A stretch of DNA of 64,000 nt from Sulfolobaceae archaeon (lineage in GTDB: Archaea; Thermoproteota; Thermoprotei_A; Sulfolobales; Sulfolobaceae): assembly GCA_038893355.1 (NCBI GenBank), contig JAWARQ010000002.1, positions 168,591-232,590 of the forward strand. The letters run 5' to 3'. Shown piece by piece: positions 1 through 10,098 of this stretch (positions are counted from its first letter, which is position 1; each line of letters starts with the position of its first letter). The notes under the pieces are model-generated. The model searched no databases and was not told the origin of the DNA. It was given only the letters and a program-made list of their open reading frames with translations. Both the position numbers and the translations under genes were made by a program.

Positions 1-798
1 ATGACATGGCCAGGGTTAATAACTAAGGAATTATTAGATAAAATGAAGAATCTAAAGATAATTCAAACGTTTTCTGCTGGAGTAGATGATTTGAATTTTT
101 CCATAATTCCAAGAAATATTATTATCTTATCTAACGCTGGTGCATATTCTATTCCAGTAGCAGAGCATGCATGGGCAATAGCATTAGCTTTAGCAAAGGG
201 TGTAGGATTAAAAAAGAAAATAAAGGTTAAAAAGATTACTAACTCTAAAATATTAATTTTAGGTTGTGGAGGAATAGGTAGTGAAATAGCAAGAATTGGT
301 AAACTAGCATTCAACACTTACAATATTGGAGTCTCTAGGAGTTTTCAAAAACCCGAGCTCTTTGATGAGAAATACTCCGAGTTACAAATTTTAAATTCAA
401 TTATACCAAAAGTAGATATTATATTTAATACATTACCTCTTAATAAATATACAAAATCTATATTAAATTATGATAATCTTAAATATTGTAAAAATAATTC
501 AATTATCGTAAATGTAGGAAGAGGAGAAACAGTAGACGAAAATGGTATCTATAGACTTTTAAAAGAGAGACCGGATATTAGATTCGGTACAGACGTGTTC
601 TGGAGGAGAAATGGTATAGAAGATTTTAATACAAAATTATGGGAGCTAGAAAACTTCACTGGAACACTACATACTGCAGGTGCATATGGTAGTGAGGAAG
701 TTAGAAAGGACGCGATTATTAGTGCATGTAAAAATTTAGCTATGTATTTAAATGAAGGAAAAATAAGAAATTTAGTAAAATTTGAAGATTATATTTAA
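1..798 (+). CDS. D-isomer-specific 2-hydroxyacid dehydrogenase (possibly 5'-truncated at window edge)
   Basis: SAGVD substrate motif, GCGGIG Rossmann motif, NVGRG, TDVF, catalytic H in LHTAG. Confidence 0.9.
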   Translation: MTWPGLITKELLDKMKNLKIIQTFSAGVDDLNFSIIPRNIIILSNAGAYSIPVAEHAWAIALALAKGVGLKKKIKVKKITNSKILILGCGGIGSEIARIGKLAFNTYNIGVSRSFQKPELFDEKYSELQILNSIIPKVDIIFNTLPLNKYTKSILNYDNLKYCKNNSIIVNVGRGETVDENGIYRLLKERPDIRFGTDVFWRRNGIEDFNTKLWELENFTGTLHTAGAYGSEEVRKDAIISACKNLAMYLNEGKIRNLVKFEDYI

Positions 799-860
799 TT
801 TTAAGAAAATACTGTAATTAGTAGAAAAGTATTAAATAATCTTCTAATAAAAATATAGTT

Positions 861-2021
861 GTGGAAATAAGTGGAGTAGCCGACTTACCACTACATAACG
901 GTCATGTTCCTAAGTGGTTAGTACCAATTATGAAGAGATTAGCGAAAGCTATAATGGATATAATGTATCTTGAATTTGGCAGTGAAAAGATATTAGAAAG
1001 ATTAGTTAACCCGTTATGGTTTCAAGCGCTTAATAATGCTATAGGAATGGATTGGGATTCCTCGGGCTCCACAACAGTAACTCTAGGCATTCTGTCAGAA
1101 GTGTTAGATCCTATTGAACATGAAATGGTTATAGTAGGAGGCAAAGGCAAGAAGGCTAGACTAATTCCTAAACAGTTATCAGAATTATCGAAGAAAATAC
1201 CAATTGATGCTGAAAAATATGCTAGAATAAGTAAATTAGTAGCTAGCGTTGATACAACATTATTACAAGATGGTTACCAACTCTACCATCAATCAATGAT
1301 AATAACTGCCACGGGAAAATGGGGAATAATACAACAAGGTATGAACTTAAGTACAAAATTTGCAAGAAGATATCATTGGTATAATCCGGTAAATTTCGTA
1401 GTAGAACCTCACACTGCTATTTGCGGAATTAAGAAAAACGAAGTAATTAATTTAATCTCTCAAGAAGTTGAAAAAACTAGAAGATTAATTTTAGATTTAA
1501 TCTCTCAAGAACCAAGGAAAACCTTAAAAGAGTATTATGAAGCATTTAGGCTAATCAATAATACTCCTACTTTAGATTTATGGATAAATAATGCATCAAT
1601 AATTGGACGATCTAGAGTGAAGAGATTACTGTATTTCAAGCCAGTATCAATCGATAAAGTTGTTAAAGTTCTTACTAAGCTTAACCAATTAAAACCTAAA
1701 AACTTAGAAGAAGCGCTACTAAATGGACTAGGACCTTCTACTACTAGAGCATTATCATTAATTGCAGACTTGATATATAATGAACCACCATCTTATGAAG
1801 ATCCAGTTAATTATAGTTATGATCCGTTTAAATATGCATATACAATAGGCGGAAAAGATGGGATACCATTTCCAATTGATAGAAAAGTTGCTGAGGAAGT
1901 TATAGTCACTTTAGAAGATTTAATTACTAGGGCAAAATTAGATATTAAAGATAAAAACTTAGCAACAAAAAGGCTTAAAAATTTGTTAAAAATTTTATCT
2001 AATTCCTTCAATATGCTTTAA
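861..2021 (+). CDS. DUF763 family protein
   Basis: ADLPLHxGHVPxWL, GMDWDSSGSTT, QQGMN, ARRYHW, GGKDGIPFP motifs. Confidence 0.85.
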   Translation: MEISGVADLPLHNGHVPKWLVPIMKRLAKAIMDIMYLEFGSEKILERLVNPLWFQALNNAIGMDWDSSGSTTVTLGILSEVLDPIEHEMVIVGGKGKKARLIPKQLSELSKKIPIDAEKYARISKLVASVDTTLLQDGYQLYHQSMIITATGKWGIIQQGMNLSTKFARRYHWYNPVNFVVEPHTAICGIKKNEVINLISQEVEKTRRLILDLISQEPRKTLKEYYEAFRLINNTPTLDLWINNASIIGRSRVKRLLYFKPVSIDKVVKVLTKLNQLKPKNLEEALLNGLGPSTTRALSLIADLIYNEPPSYEDPVNYSYDPFKYAYTIGGKDGIPFPIDRKVAEEVIVTLEDLITRAKLDIKDKNLATKRLKNLLKILSNSFNML

Positions 2022-2195
2022 ATATTTTTCTATCGCGTCTCTTATTAACTCACTCCTATTTTGAAATCCTAACTCTTTAACAAGGAAGTCTAGTTTCTGC
2101 ATAATCTCCTCATCTAACTTAAAAGTTACAGTAACTGTATTAGGAGTTAATTCTATTTCAAAGCTGTTTGAATCTATTTGCCTCACTTTTTCCAT
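1995..2195 (-). CDS. CopG/NikR-like ribbon-helix-helix DNA-binding protein
   Basis: TVTFKLDEE...LD...NRSELIRDAIEKYL RHH pattern. Confidence 0.85.
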   Translation of the reverse strand: MEKVRQIDSNSFEIELTPNTVTVTFKLDEEIMQKLDFLVKELGFQNRSELIRDAIEKYLKHIEGIR

Positions 2196-2368
2196 TTCAA
2201 CACCACTTCTAGCAATAACACTGTAATTGATAATATTATCTTGCCTAGAAAGTTAATAAGAGAAATGGATTACGTTTAAAAACACTTAGTCAAGTTCTAG
2301 ATATATTTAAACCATAAAGAAGGGGCTTAATTATTTAAATACTACTAACGTAATAAGATATCAAATTT

Positions 2369-4507
2369 ATGAGTTCTTCATATAGTGTAGAATTATTAGA
2401 GATAGATGATAGAGTAAAAAAAATTCTTAGAATGCGAGGTATAGAAAACTTAAATCCAGTTCAGACTGAGGCTATAAAAAGGGGTTTACTTAATGGTAAA
2501 AGTTTATTACTAGCATCTCCTACAGGTTCTGGTAAGACGTTAATAGCAGAGCTTGGAATTATATCTTTTCTCTTAAAAAATAAAGGACTTAAAGCTGTTT
2601 ATGTTACCCCTTTAAGGTCTCTTACTTCTGAAAAGTACCAGACATTCAAAGTATGGGAAGAGTTAGGTTTTAGAGTCGCAATGTCATCTGGCGACTATGA
2701 TAGTGATGACGAATGGTTACAAGAATATGATATAATAGTAACAACTTATGAGAAACTTGACTCGTTATGGAGACATAGACCTAGGTGGATAAAGGATGTA
2801 GGGTATTTTGTACTTGACGAGCTCCATTATATAAACGATATGGAAAGAGGTCCGATTATAGAGGCAGTAGCAATAAGAGCTAAGAAATATACAGTATTGG
2901 CGTTAAGCGCAACTATTAGTAATTATGTTGAGATAGCTAGATGGTTAGGGGCAGAACCAATCTATATAAATTGGAGACCAGTACCCTTAATAGAGGGTGT
3001 TGTATACCCTGAAGGGAAAGATTTCGTAGTTATTTATAATGATAATAGTGTCCAAAGAATTAAGGGCAATGATGCAATAATAGCTTGTACTTTACACTCA
3101 TTAAGAAAAAATGGTCAAGTACTTATTTTTAGGAATTCTCGGAAAATGACAGAAAGTACTGCAATAAAAATATCACAGTACCTCAACTTCTTGGATTTTA
3201 ATTACGAAGAACTATATAAACTTTCAGAGGAAATAAAGAATATCGAAGATGCAGGATTTAGTGAAGTTACCCTATTATCTAGCCTTATAAAGAAGGGTGT
3301 CGCTTACCATCATGCAGGATTATCAAAAACTCTAAGAGATTTCATAGAAAATGCGTTCAGAAGAAGATTATTAAAGGTGATTGTAGCAACACCAACTCTT
3401 GCTGCAGGAGTAAATTTACCAGCTAGAACTGTAATAATAGGTGACATTTATAGGTTTAATAGAAAACTGTTAGGATTTAACGAGCAAATAAGTATAATGG
3501 AATATAAACAAATGAGCGGAAGAGCTGGAAGGCCAGGATATGATGAAATTGGAGAATCAATTATAGTAGTCAGAGATAAAAGAATGGCTTTTGAGGTATT
3601 TAAGAAATATATAAATTCAAAGCCAGAACCTTTAGAATCGAGATTAGGTTCTGAAAAACCCTTTTTTAGTTTTGTCCTAGGAGAATTATCAGTACTAGGC
3701 AGGGTAGAAAGTAAGGAATTATATGAACATTTATTACAGACCTTACTGCCAAAAACTTTAATAGAAAAATATTTCCAAAAAGCAATTAATTGGTTAAACG
3801 AAAACGAATTTATTAAGATAATTGAGAATAAAATAGAATTAACGAAATTTGGTAAAAGAGTTGCTGATTTATATATAAATCCTTTTACTGCACAAATTTA
3901 TAAAGAAAAATTGTTATTAAAAAATGAAAAACCTTGTGAAATCGCTTATCTCCACTTATTTTCAATAACACCAGATAGTCCAAAATTATATATTAGCGAA
4001 AAAGAGATAGAAAAGATATCGGCAGAAGTAGATTGCGAATTATTTGTTGAAGAACCAGATGAAGAAACAGATGAATATTATGATTTTTATTCTGCGCTAA
4101 AACTTTCATTAATTGTTAGGGATTGGATTGAAGAAGTTGACGAAAATGTTATTTTAGAGAAATATGGTATTGGTTCAGGGGATTTAAGAAGTATAATTGA
4201 GAGTATGGATTGGCTTAGCTATAGTGCGTTTAATATTGCAAACATACTTGAATTAAAAGATCACTATGAAAAATTAAAAATAATTAACTTAAGAATAAAA
4301 GATGGTGTAAGAGAAGAATTATTAGAACTAGTTAAAGTACCATATATAGGAAGAAAAAGAGCTAGGATTTTATATAACAATGGAATAACTAATATAGATG
4401 ATATTATTAATAATCAAAATAAGGTAAAATCATTATTAGGTGAAAAAATTGGAGAGAAAATCATTCAAGAAGCTACAAGATTATATTCTAGACTTTATAG
4501 AATCTAA
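2369..4507 (+). CDS. hel308: Hel308/Hjm SF2 DNA helicase
   Basis: SPTGSGKT, DELH, SAT, YHHAGL, TPTLAAGVNLPA, QMSGRAGR, C-terminal HhH IGRKRAR. Confidence 0.95.
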   Translation: MSSSYSVELLEIDDRVKKILRMRGIENLNPVQTEAIKRGLLNGKSLLLASPTGSGKTLIAELGIISFLLKNKGLKAVYVTPLRSLTSEKYQTFKVWEELGFRVAMSSGDYDSDDEWLQEYDIIVTTYEKLDSLWRHRPRWIKDVGYFVLDELHYINDMERGPIIEAVAIRAKKYTVLALSATISNYVEIARWLGAEPIYINWRPVPLIEGVVYPEGKDFVVIYNDNSVQRIKGNDAIIACTLHSLRKNGQVLIFRNSRKMTESTAIKISQYLNFLDFNYEELYKLSEEIKNIEDAGFSEVTLLSSLIKKGVAYHHAGLSKTLRDFIENAFRRRLLKVIVATPTLAAGVNLPARTVIIGDIYRFNRKLLGFNEQISIMEYKQMSGRAGRPGYDEIGESIIVVRDKRMAFEVFKKYINSKPEPLESRLGSEKPFFSFVLGELSVLGRVESKELYEHLLQTLLPKTLIEKYFQKAINWLNENEFIKIIENKIELTKFGKRVADLYINPFTAQIYKEKLLLKNEKPCEIAYLHLFSITPDSPKLYISEKEIEKISAEVDCELFVEEPDEETDEYYDFYSALKLSLIVRDWIEEVDENVILEKYGIGSGDLRSIIESMDWLSYSAFNIANILELKDHYEKLKIINLRIKDGVREELLELVKVPYIGRKRARILYNNGITNIDDIINNQNKVKSLLGEKIGEKIIQEATRLYSRLYRI

Positions 4508-4649
4508 AAATAGTGATGAAAAAGTATATGTAATGAACTGTAATGATGCAAAGAAGTTAAGTAAAATACTCCTTGCAATTGGCCAAAAACCTATAATTGA
4601 AACTCTCCCTACAGATGAATGTATAGTAAAAGTTACTAAAAGGTTATAG
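4440..4649 (+). CDS. small hypothetical protein overlapping hel308 3' end
   Basis: 69-aa ORF filling the gap exactly up to the convergent pccB stop; protein-like composition; start uncertain. Confidence 0.55.
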   Translation: MKKLERKSFKKLQDYILDFIESKNSDEKVYVMNCNDAKKLSKILLAIGQKPIIETLPTDECIVKVTKRL

Positions 4650-6236
4650 TTATAGAGGAATGTTACCATGCTTCTTTGGATATCTAAATTCTCTTTTATT
4701 TCTCAACATCTGTAAAGCCCTATAGATTATCTTTCTAGTATCTTTTGGCTCTATTACATCGTCTATAAGACCTTTTTCTGCAGCCCAATAAGGATTTGCA
4801 AATAGCTTTTTATATTCTGTAATTTTCTCCTTTATAAATTCTTCAGGATTTTTAGAATTCTGAATTTCTCTTCTATATAATATTCTTACTGCACCTTCTG
4901 GTCCCGTAACTGCTATTTCTGCAGTAGGCCATGCATATACCAAATCTGCCCCTAAACTTTTAATACTCATTGCTATATGAGCGCCACCATAAGATTTTCT
5001 AACTATTATTGTTATTTTAGGAACAGTAGCTTCGGCAAAAGCATAAAGCATTTTAGCCCCATGCCTTATAATCCCCTTATACTCTTGTTCAGTGCCAGGA
5101 ACATAGCCTGGTGTATCAACTAGGCTAATAAGCGGTATATTAAATGCATCACAAAATCTTATAAATCGAGCGGCCTTGTCAGCTGCATCAACATCAATAG
5201 CACCACCATAATTAAGAGGATTATTAGCTACAATTCCTATAACTTGCCCGCCAATTCTAGCAAATCCTACCACTATATTATCTGCCCAATATTTATGAAC
5301 CTCTAAAAATTCTTGATTATCTACTATACGATATATCACGTCCCTTATATTAAACGGTTTAATTGAATCAGTAGGTACAATTTCTTCTAAACCACTAACC
5401 TCTCTTTCTGGATCATCACCAGTATCAATAAAGGGTGGTTCTTCCATATTGTTAGATGGTAAGTAAGATAGAAGCTTTTTTGCTATATTTATAGCATCTC
5501 TTTCATCTTCCGCGACAAAATGAACTACACCAGACTTGGTAGCATGAACTATTGCACCACCAAGTTCTTGATAGGAGACCTCTTCACCTAAAGATACCTT
5601 AGTAATTTCTGGACCGGTTACAAACATATAGTATGCATCACCCTTTATCATTATTATAAAATCTGTTAATGCAGGAGAATATACAGCACCACCTGCTGCT
5701 GGACCTGCCATTATTGTTATTTGTGGTATTACTCCAGACGCCATAACATTCATCTTAAATACAGCACCATAACCTTCTAATGATAGAGCACCTTCTTGTA
5801 TTCTCGCACCTCCAGAGTCATTAATTCCTACCACAGGAGCACCAACTTTCAATGCCATTTCGTATATTCTTACTATCTTACTTGCATGAACTTCACCTAA
5901 ACTTCCACCTAAAACTGTAAAATCTTGTGCATAAGCAAAAACTAACCTTCCATCGATCTTTCCCCATCCAGCTATTACTCCATCCCCGTAATATCTATTT
6001 TTATCTAATCCAAATTCTGTGGTTCTAGTTGTTGCAAAAGTCATAATTTCTTGGAACGATCCTTCATCAAATAATAATGAAAGTCTTTCTCTTGCAGTTA
6101 ATTTATTTTTACTATGCTGGAATTTAATCCTTTCCTCCCCACCTCCTAAATATGCCCTTGATTTCAGTCTACGTAATTCTTCAATCAATTCGTTAAAGTC
6201 ACGCTTCTTATCTAATTGAGTAGTCATAACCCTCAT
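4650..6236 (-). CDS. pccB: acetyl-CoA/propionyl-CoA carboxylase, carboxyltransferase subunit
   Basis: QDFTVLGGSLG, DSGGARIQEG, GGAVYSPALTD, VDTPGY, KKHGNIPL C-terminus. Confidence 0.97.
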   Translation of the reverse strand: MRVMTTQLDKKRDFNELIEELRRLKSRAYLGGGEERIKFQHSKNKLTARERLSLLFDEGSFQEIMTFATTRTTEFGLDKNRYYGDGVIAGWGKIDGRLVFAYAQDFTVLGGSLGEVHASKIVRIYEMALKVGAPVVGINDSGGARIQEGALSLEGYGAVFKMNVMASGVIPQITIMAGPAAGGAVYSPALTDFIIMIKGDAYYMFVTGPEITKVSLGEEVSYQELGGAIVHATKSGVVHFVAEDERDAINIAKKLLSYLPSNNMEEPPFIDTGDDPEREVSGLEEIVPTDSIKPFNIRDVIYRIVDNQEFLEVHKYWADNIVVGFARIGGQVIGIVANNPLNYGGAIDVDAADKAARFIRFCDAFNIPLISLVDTPGYVPGTEQEYKGIIRHGAKMLYAFAEATVPKITIIVRKSYGGAHIAMSIKSLGADLVYAWPTAEIAVTGPEGAVRILYRREIQNSKNPEEFIKEKITEYKKLFANPYWAAEKGLIDDVIEPKDTRKIIYRALQMLRNKREFRYPKKHGNIPL

Positions 6237-6296
6237 TTACGATTACTTAACTCTACTATATAAATTTTTATCCTATAAACAATAGAATTTTTATCA

Positions 6297-6803
6297 TTAT
6301 TTAATTATTAATAATATATCACCTTTCTTTACACTCTGTCCAACCCTTACTAAGATCTTCTGTATAACTCCACTAATTGGAGATGATATAATGGTCTCTG
6401 ACTTCATAGACTCGATTGATAACAAAGGTTGCCCTTTTACCACAGCATCGCCTTCTTTTACTCTTAAACTTACAATTCTACCATAAATTGGCGAAATAAT
6501 CTCACCCTTCTTACTACTAATTAATTCTTGTAATGAAACTTCTTTCTCTTCATATTTTTCTTGAATATTCGAGATTCTTAATATTTCATTATTAACTATA
6601 ATTTGATTAAAATTCTCTATAAAAACTCTATGAACTTCACCATTTATTTCAATTAAGAATTCATTATCTCTAGTTCCTTTTTGTAAAATTCTTGCTCTAT
6701 ACACACCACTTAATGTCTCGAATTTAAGATACTCACCATCTATACTATAAGTTAGGACATACTCATCACCAGTTTCAGTGGTTACTTTATATACTTTCCT
6801 CAT
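6297..6803 (-). CDS. accB: biotin carboxyl carrier protein (start re-called at MRKVYKV, coupled to accC stop)
   Basis: ESMKSE biotinylation motif; ATG 6803 overlaps accC TAA. Confidence 0.92.
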   Translation of the reverse strand: MRKVYKVTTETGDEYVLTYSIDGEYLKFETLSGVYRARILQKGTRDNEFLIEINGEVHRVFIENFNQIIVNNEILRISNIQEKYEEKEVSLQELISSKKGEIISPIYGRIVSLRVKEGDAVVKGQPLLSIESMKSETIISSPISGVIQKILVRVGQSVKKGDILLIIK

Positions 6804-8341
6804 TACCACATCACCCTCGTGGTAGATTGCATTACTAAACCTTGTCTCTTCCATGCACTCATTCTATCAACATTCCTATAGCTACTCTTTACCTCTTTAT
6901 GAAAACTTAGTTTAATTTGAGATTGTGAGTATAATACAAGATAACTTATTACTTTCATTTCTTCTCTTTTCTTTAATTCTTCTAGAAAAACTGGCATTTT
7001 TTCCGAAATATAATTTGTAGTAAATTTGCCTTCAATAAAATCTTTATCATTAATTATTAGTTTATATAATGGAATTATAGTCTTTATTCCACTAATCTTA
7101 TACTCGTCTAAAGCCCTTCTAGCTATTTGAATAGCAGTAGCCCTATCTTTCCCATAAACCATTAACTTAGATATCATAGAGTCATAATAAGGAGGAACAT
7201 AACTTCCTAGATCTACTCCACTATCCACTCTTATCCCAGGCCCTGAAGGTTCTTTATAATAGGTAATATATCCGGAACTACCTGCAAAGTTATTTAGAGG
7301 ATCTTCTGCATTAATTCTAAATTCAATTGCATGCCCACGTATTTTAATATCTTCTTGAGAATAAGGTAAATATTCTCCTGCTGCTAATTTAATTTGTAAT
7401 TTAACTAAATCTATCCCTGTTATTAATTCAGTTATACCATGCTCAACTTGAAGTCTCTTATTTATTTCTAAAAAGTAAAATTCCCTACTTACTTCAGAAT
7501 AAACAAACTCCATAGTTCCTAATGTGTAATAACCTATTGCCTTACCAAACCTTATTGAGGCTTCAATTAATTCTTTCCTTTTTTCATTATCAAGAATAGG
7601 AGACGGTGCTTCTTCAATTAACTTCTGATTTCTTCTTTGAATAGTGCATTCCCTCTCATATGCAACCACATAATTACCATACTTATCACCAATCAGTTGA
7701 GCTTCTATATGCCTTGGCTTCACTGCCATTTTCTCTATATATATTTCTGATTTACCAAATGCTTGAAGGGCAAGTCTTCTGCTTCTTTCAAATGCTTCTT
7801 TTAACTCTTCTACATTTTCTACTTTTATTATACCAATACCTCCGCCACCGTAAGATGCTTTTATCATAATAGGGAATCCTATTTTCTCGGCAATCTTTAT
7901 TGCATCATCTACACTCTCGACAGGACCATCAGATCCTGGAGAAACTGGAACTCCTGCATTTTTCGCAATCATTTTTCCCTCGAGTTTACTCTTTATTTTT
8001 CTCATTACGTAAGATGGTGGTCCAATAAATGTCATTCCTGCCTTCTCTACAGCCTCTGCAAATTCAGCATTTTCAGATAAGAATCCATAGCCAGGATGCA
8101 CAGCATCTGCATGAGCCCTTTCTGCTGCATCTATTATTCTCTGTATATTCAAATAACTTTCCAATGCAGGTGATGGTCCTATATAATAGGCTTCATCGGC
8201 ATATTTAACATGCAACGAATTTTTATCAGCATCTGAATATACAGCGACAGCTTTCATCCCCATCTCTTTTACAGCTCTCATTATACGTATTGCTATCTCT
8301 CCCCTATTTGCAATAAGAATCTTGTTAAACGGGGGCATCAA
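6803..8341 (-). CDS. accC: biotin carboxylase subunit
   Basis: IANRGEIA, HPGYGFLSEN, GGGGIG, QRRNQK, RLQVEH, YYDSMISKL. Confidence 0.97.
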   Translation of the reverse strand: MMPPFNKILIANRGEIAIRIMRAVKEMGMKAVAVYSDADKNSLHVKYADEAYYIGPSPALESYLNIQRIIDAAERAHADAVHPGYGFLSENAEFAEAVEKAGMTFIGPPSYVMRKIKSKLEGKMIAKNAGVPVSPGSDGPVESVDDAIKIAEKIGFPIMIKASYGGGGIGIIKVENVEELKEAFERSRRLALQAFGKSEIYIEKMAVKPRHIEAQLIGDKYGNYVVAYERECTIQRRNQKLIEEAPSPILDNEKRKELIEASIRFGKAIGYYTLGTMEFVYSEVSREFYFLEINKRLQVEHGITELITGIDLVKLQIKLAAGEYLPYSQEDIKIRGHAIEFRINAEDPLNNFAGSSGYITYYKEPSGPGIRVDSGVDLGSYVPPYYDSMISKLMVYGKDRATAIQIARRALDEYKISGIKTIIPLYKLIINDKDFIEGKFTTNYISEKMPVFLEELKKREEMKVISYLVLYSQSQIKLSFHKEVKSSYRNVDRMSAWKRQGLVMQSTTRVMW

Positions 8342-8410
8342 TATATAAGGTTAATTCTGCCTTAAAAAGTTTTTACATTTGAATAAATATACATACAGTT
8401 AGAAAAAATA

Positions 8411-8466
8411 AGCTAAGCGCTCGCACATTTCTTCACCATTTCAGATCCCGGATTCCTCAGCATTAA
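8411..8466 (-). ncRNA. probable C/D-box sRNA
   Basis: Minus strand: ATGCTGA (C-like) ggaatccgggat CTGA (D') aatg GTGAAGA (C') aatgtgcgagcg CTTA (D-like), then T-tract; GC-rich island in an AT-rich intergenic region. Confidence 0.65.
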
Positions 8467-8562
8467 TTACTTTTGTAAAATTGAGGAAAATAAAATTGAG
8501 TTCATAATTTTTATATTATTAAACAATTAATCTATATAATATATTTTAATTTTTTTACAAAA

Positions 8563-9273
8563 TTATGAAGAAAAACTTTTATTACGTAATGGTGTTAATA
8601 ATTTATAAAGAATATCAATATACTCATAAAATTTTGGATCTTTAGAAGACCTTGGATATGGTAAATCTATTTTTACTTCTCCTATTAAAGTAGATGGGCT
8701 ACCATTTAACACATAAACTCTATCAGCTATTTCCACAACTTCTTGAAGATTATGAGAAACAAGAACGGCTGATTCTAATGAAGATTCCTTATCAAATAGA
8801 ATATTTCTTATTTCTCTTCTAATTCCTTCTGCAGTTATCTCGTCTAAATGAGAAAAAGGTTCATCCAATAGCATAACAATTGGTTGTGCTGCTAATGCCC
8901 TAGCTATTGCAATTCGCTGTCTCATCCCTCCGCTCATTTGCTTAGGCGAAAGTTCTTCGAATCCATGAAGACCAACTAGATCTAACATTTTCCTTGCTAT
9001 TCGATCTTCATCCTCTTTACTCAATTTTAAATATTTTAATCCTAATTTTATATTTTCCAGTGCACTCATCCATGGAAAGGTTACAATAGACTGATGAACC
9101 AAAGCGATTTTAGGTGTAGGTTTACTTACTTCTTTACCTAACAATAGAACCTTACCCTTAGAGGGTTTTAAAAATCCTCCTAAAATCCTTAACAAAGTAG
9201 ATTTACCAGATCCTGATGGACCTATTATAGCCACAATTTCTTTCTTACTTGTGTATAAGTTTATATCATACAT
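8563..9273 (-). CDS. ABC transporter ATP-binding protein (nitrate/sulfonate NitT/TauT-like)
   Basis: GPSGSGKST, MSGGMRQR, LLDEPF, VSH; true start may lie upstream. Confidence 0.9.
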   Translation of the reverse strand: MYDINLYTSKKEIVAIIGPSGSGKSTLLRILGGFLKPSKGKVLLLGKEVSKPTPKIALVHQSIVTFPWMSALENIKLGLKYLKLSKEDEDRIARKMLDLVGLHGFEELSPKQMSGGMRQRIAIARALAAQPIVMLLDEPFSHLDEITAEGIRREIRNILFDKESSLESAVLVSHNLQEVVEIADRVYVLNGSPSTLIGEVKIDLPYPRSSKDPKFYEYIDILYKLLTPLRNKSFSS

Positions 9274-9446
9274 TATAAGTTTAGTATCATATTTAAATTC
9301 AATATCTATAGCTTCTAAGATTCTTCCAACTTACCGGCCCCTTTTTAAAGCTTTCAAGATTCGCTTAAAAAACTTGCTAACTATTCTGTAATTTACAAAC
9401 GTAAAAAGTTTATAAATCTAAAAGCATAATACTATTAGGTGAAAGA

Positions 9447-9728
9447 TTGGATCTAGCACCTACTGCAATAATAATTATAATAATTGTAGCGATAATATTA
9501 TTTGGATCTTCAAAGATACCAGAATTATTTAGATCTCTTGGTAAGGCGATAGGTGAGTTTAGAAAAGGTAGAATGGAAGCAGAAATGGAGATGATGCAAA
9601 TGCAACAACAATTAGCTCCAAATTCGCCAACATTACAGAACCAAACCTCACAAGGATTAGAGGAAAAAATAAAACAACTTGAAAAGGAATTAGAGGAATT
9701 AAAGAAGCAAAAGAGTCAACAGTCATAA
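9447..9728 (+). CDS. tatA: twin-arginine translocase TatA/E
   Basis: TM helix then LFGSSKIPELFRSLGKAIGEFRKG. Confidence 0.92.
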   Translation: MDLAPTAIIIIIIVAIILFGSSKIPELFRSLGKAIGEFRKGRMEAEMEMMQMQQQLAPNSPTLQNQTSQGLEEKIKQLEKELEELKKQKSQQS

Positions 9729-9747
9729 AGTTTTCGGTGTTTTTTAT

Positions 9748-10098
9748 ATGATAGGAGATATAACAGATTTTTTAATACTCTTACTCGTTGCAGTGTTATT
9801 ATTTAGTGGAGATCCAAATATTAAAGAAACTGCAAAAACTTTAGGCAAAACACTTGGAGAATTAAGAAGGAGGCAAGTAGAGTTTACTAATGAGATAAAA
9901 AGAGAAATTCTAGAAGAAACTACAAACTCAATAAATAATGAATTAAATTTAAATACTAATAATGCTAATAGAATGATTTATATTAAACCAATATATTATC
10001 AAGATGAGGATAAAATTAAATTACTTGAAGAGAGAATAAAACAACTACAAGAAGAAATTGAGAGGTTAAAGAATGAGCAAAGAAGAAAAGAGGTCTGA
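9748..10098 (+). CDS. TatA/TatB-like protein
   Basis: N-terminal TM plus amphipathic AKTLGKTLGELRR; lies between tatA and tatC. Confidence 0.75.
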   Translation: MIGDITDFLILLLVAVLLFSGDPNIKETAKTLGKTLGELRRRQVEFTNEIKREILEETTNSINNELNLNTNNANRMIYIKPIYYQDEDKIKLLEERIKQLQEEIERLKNEQRRKEV

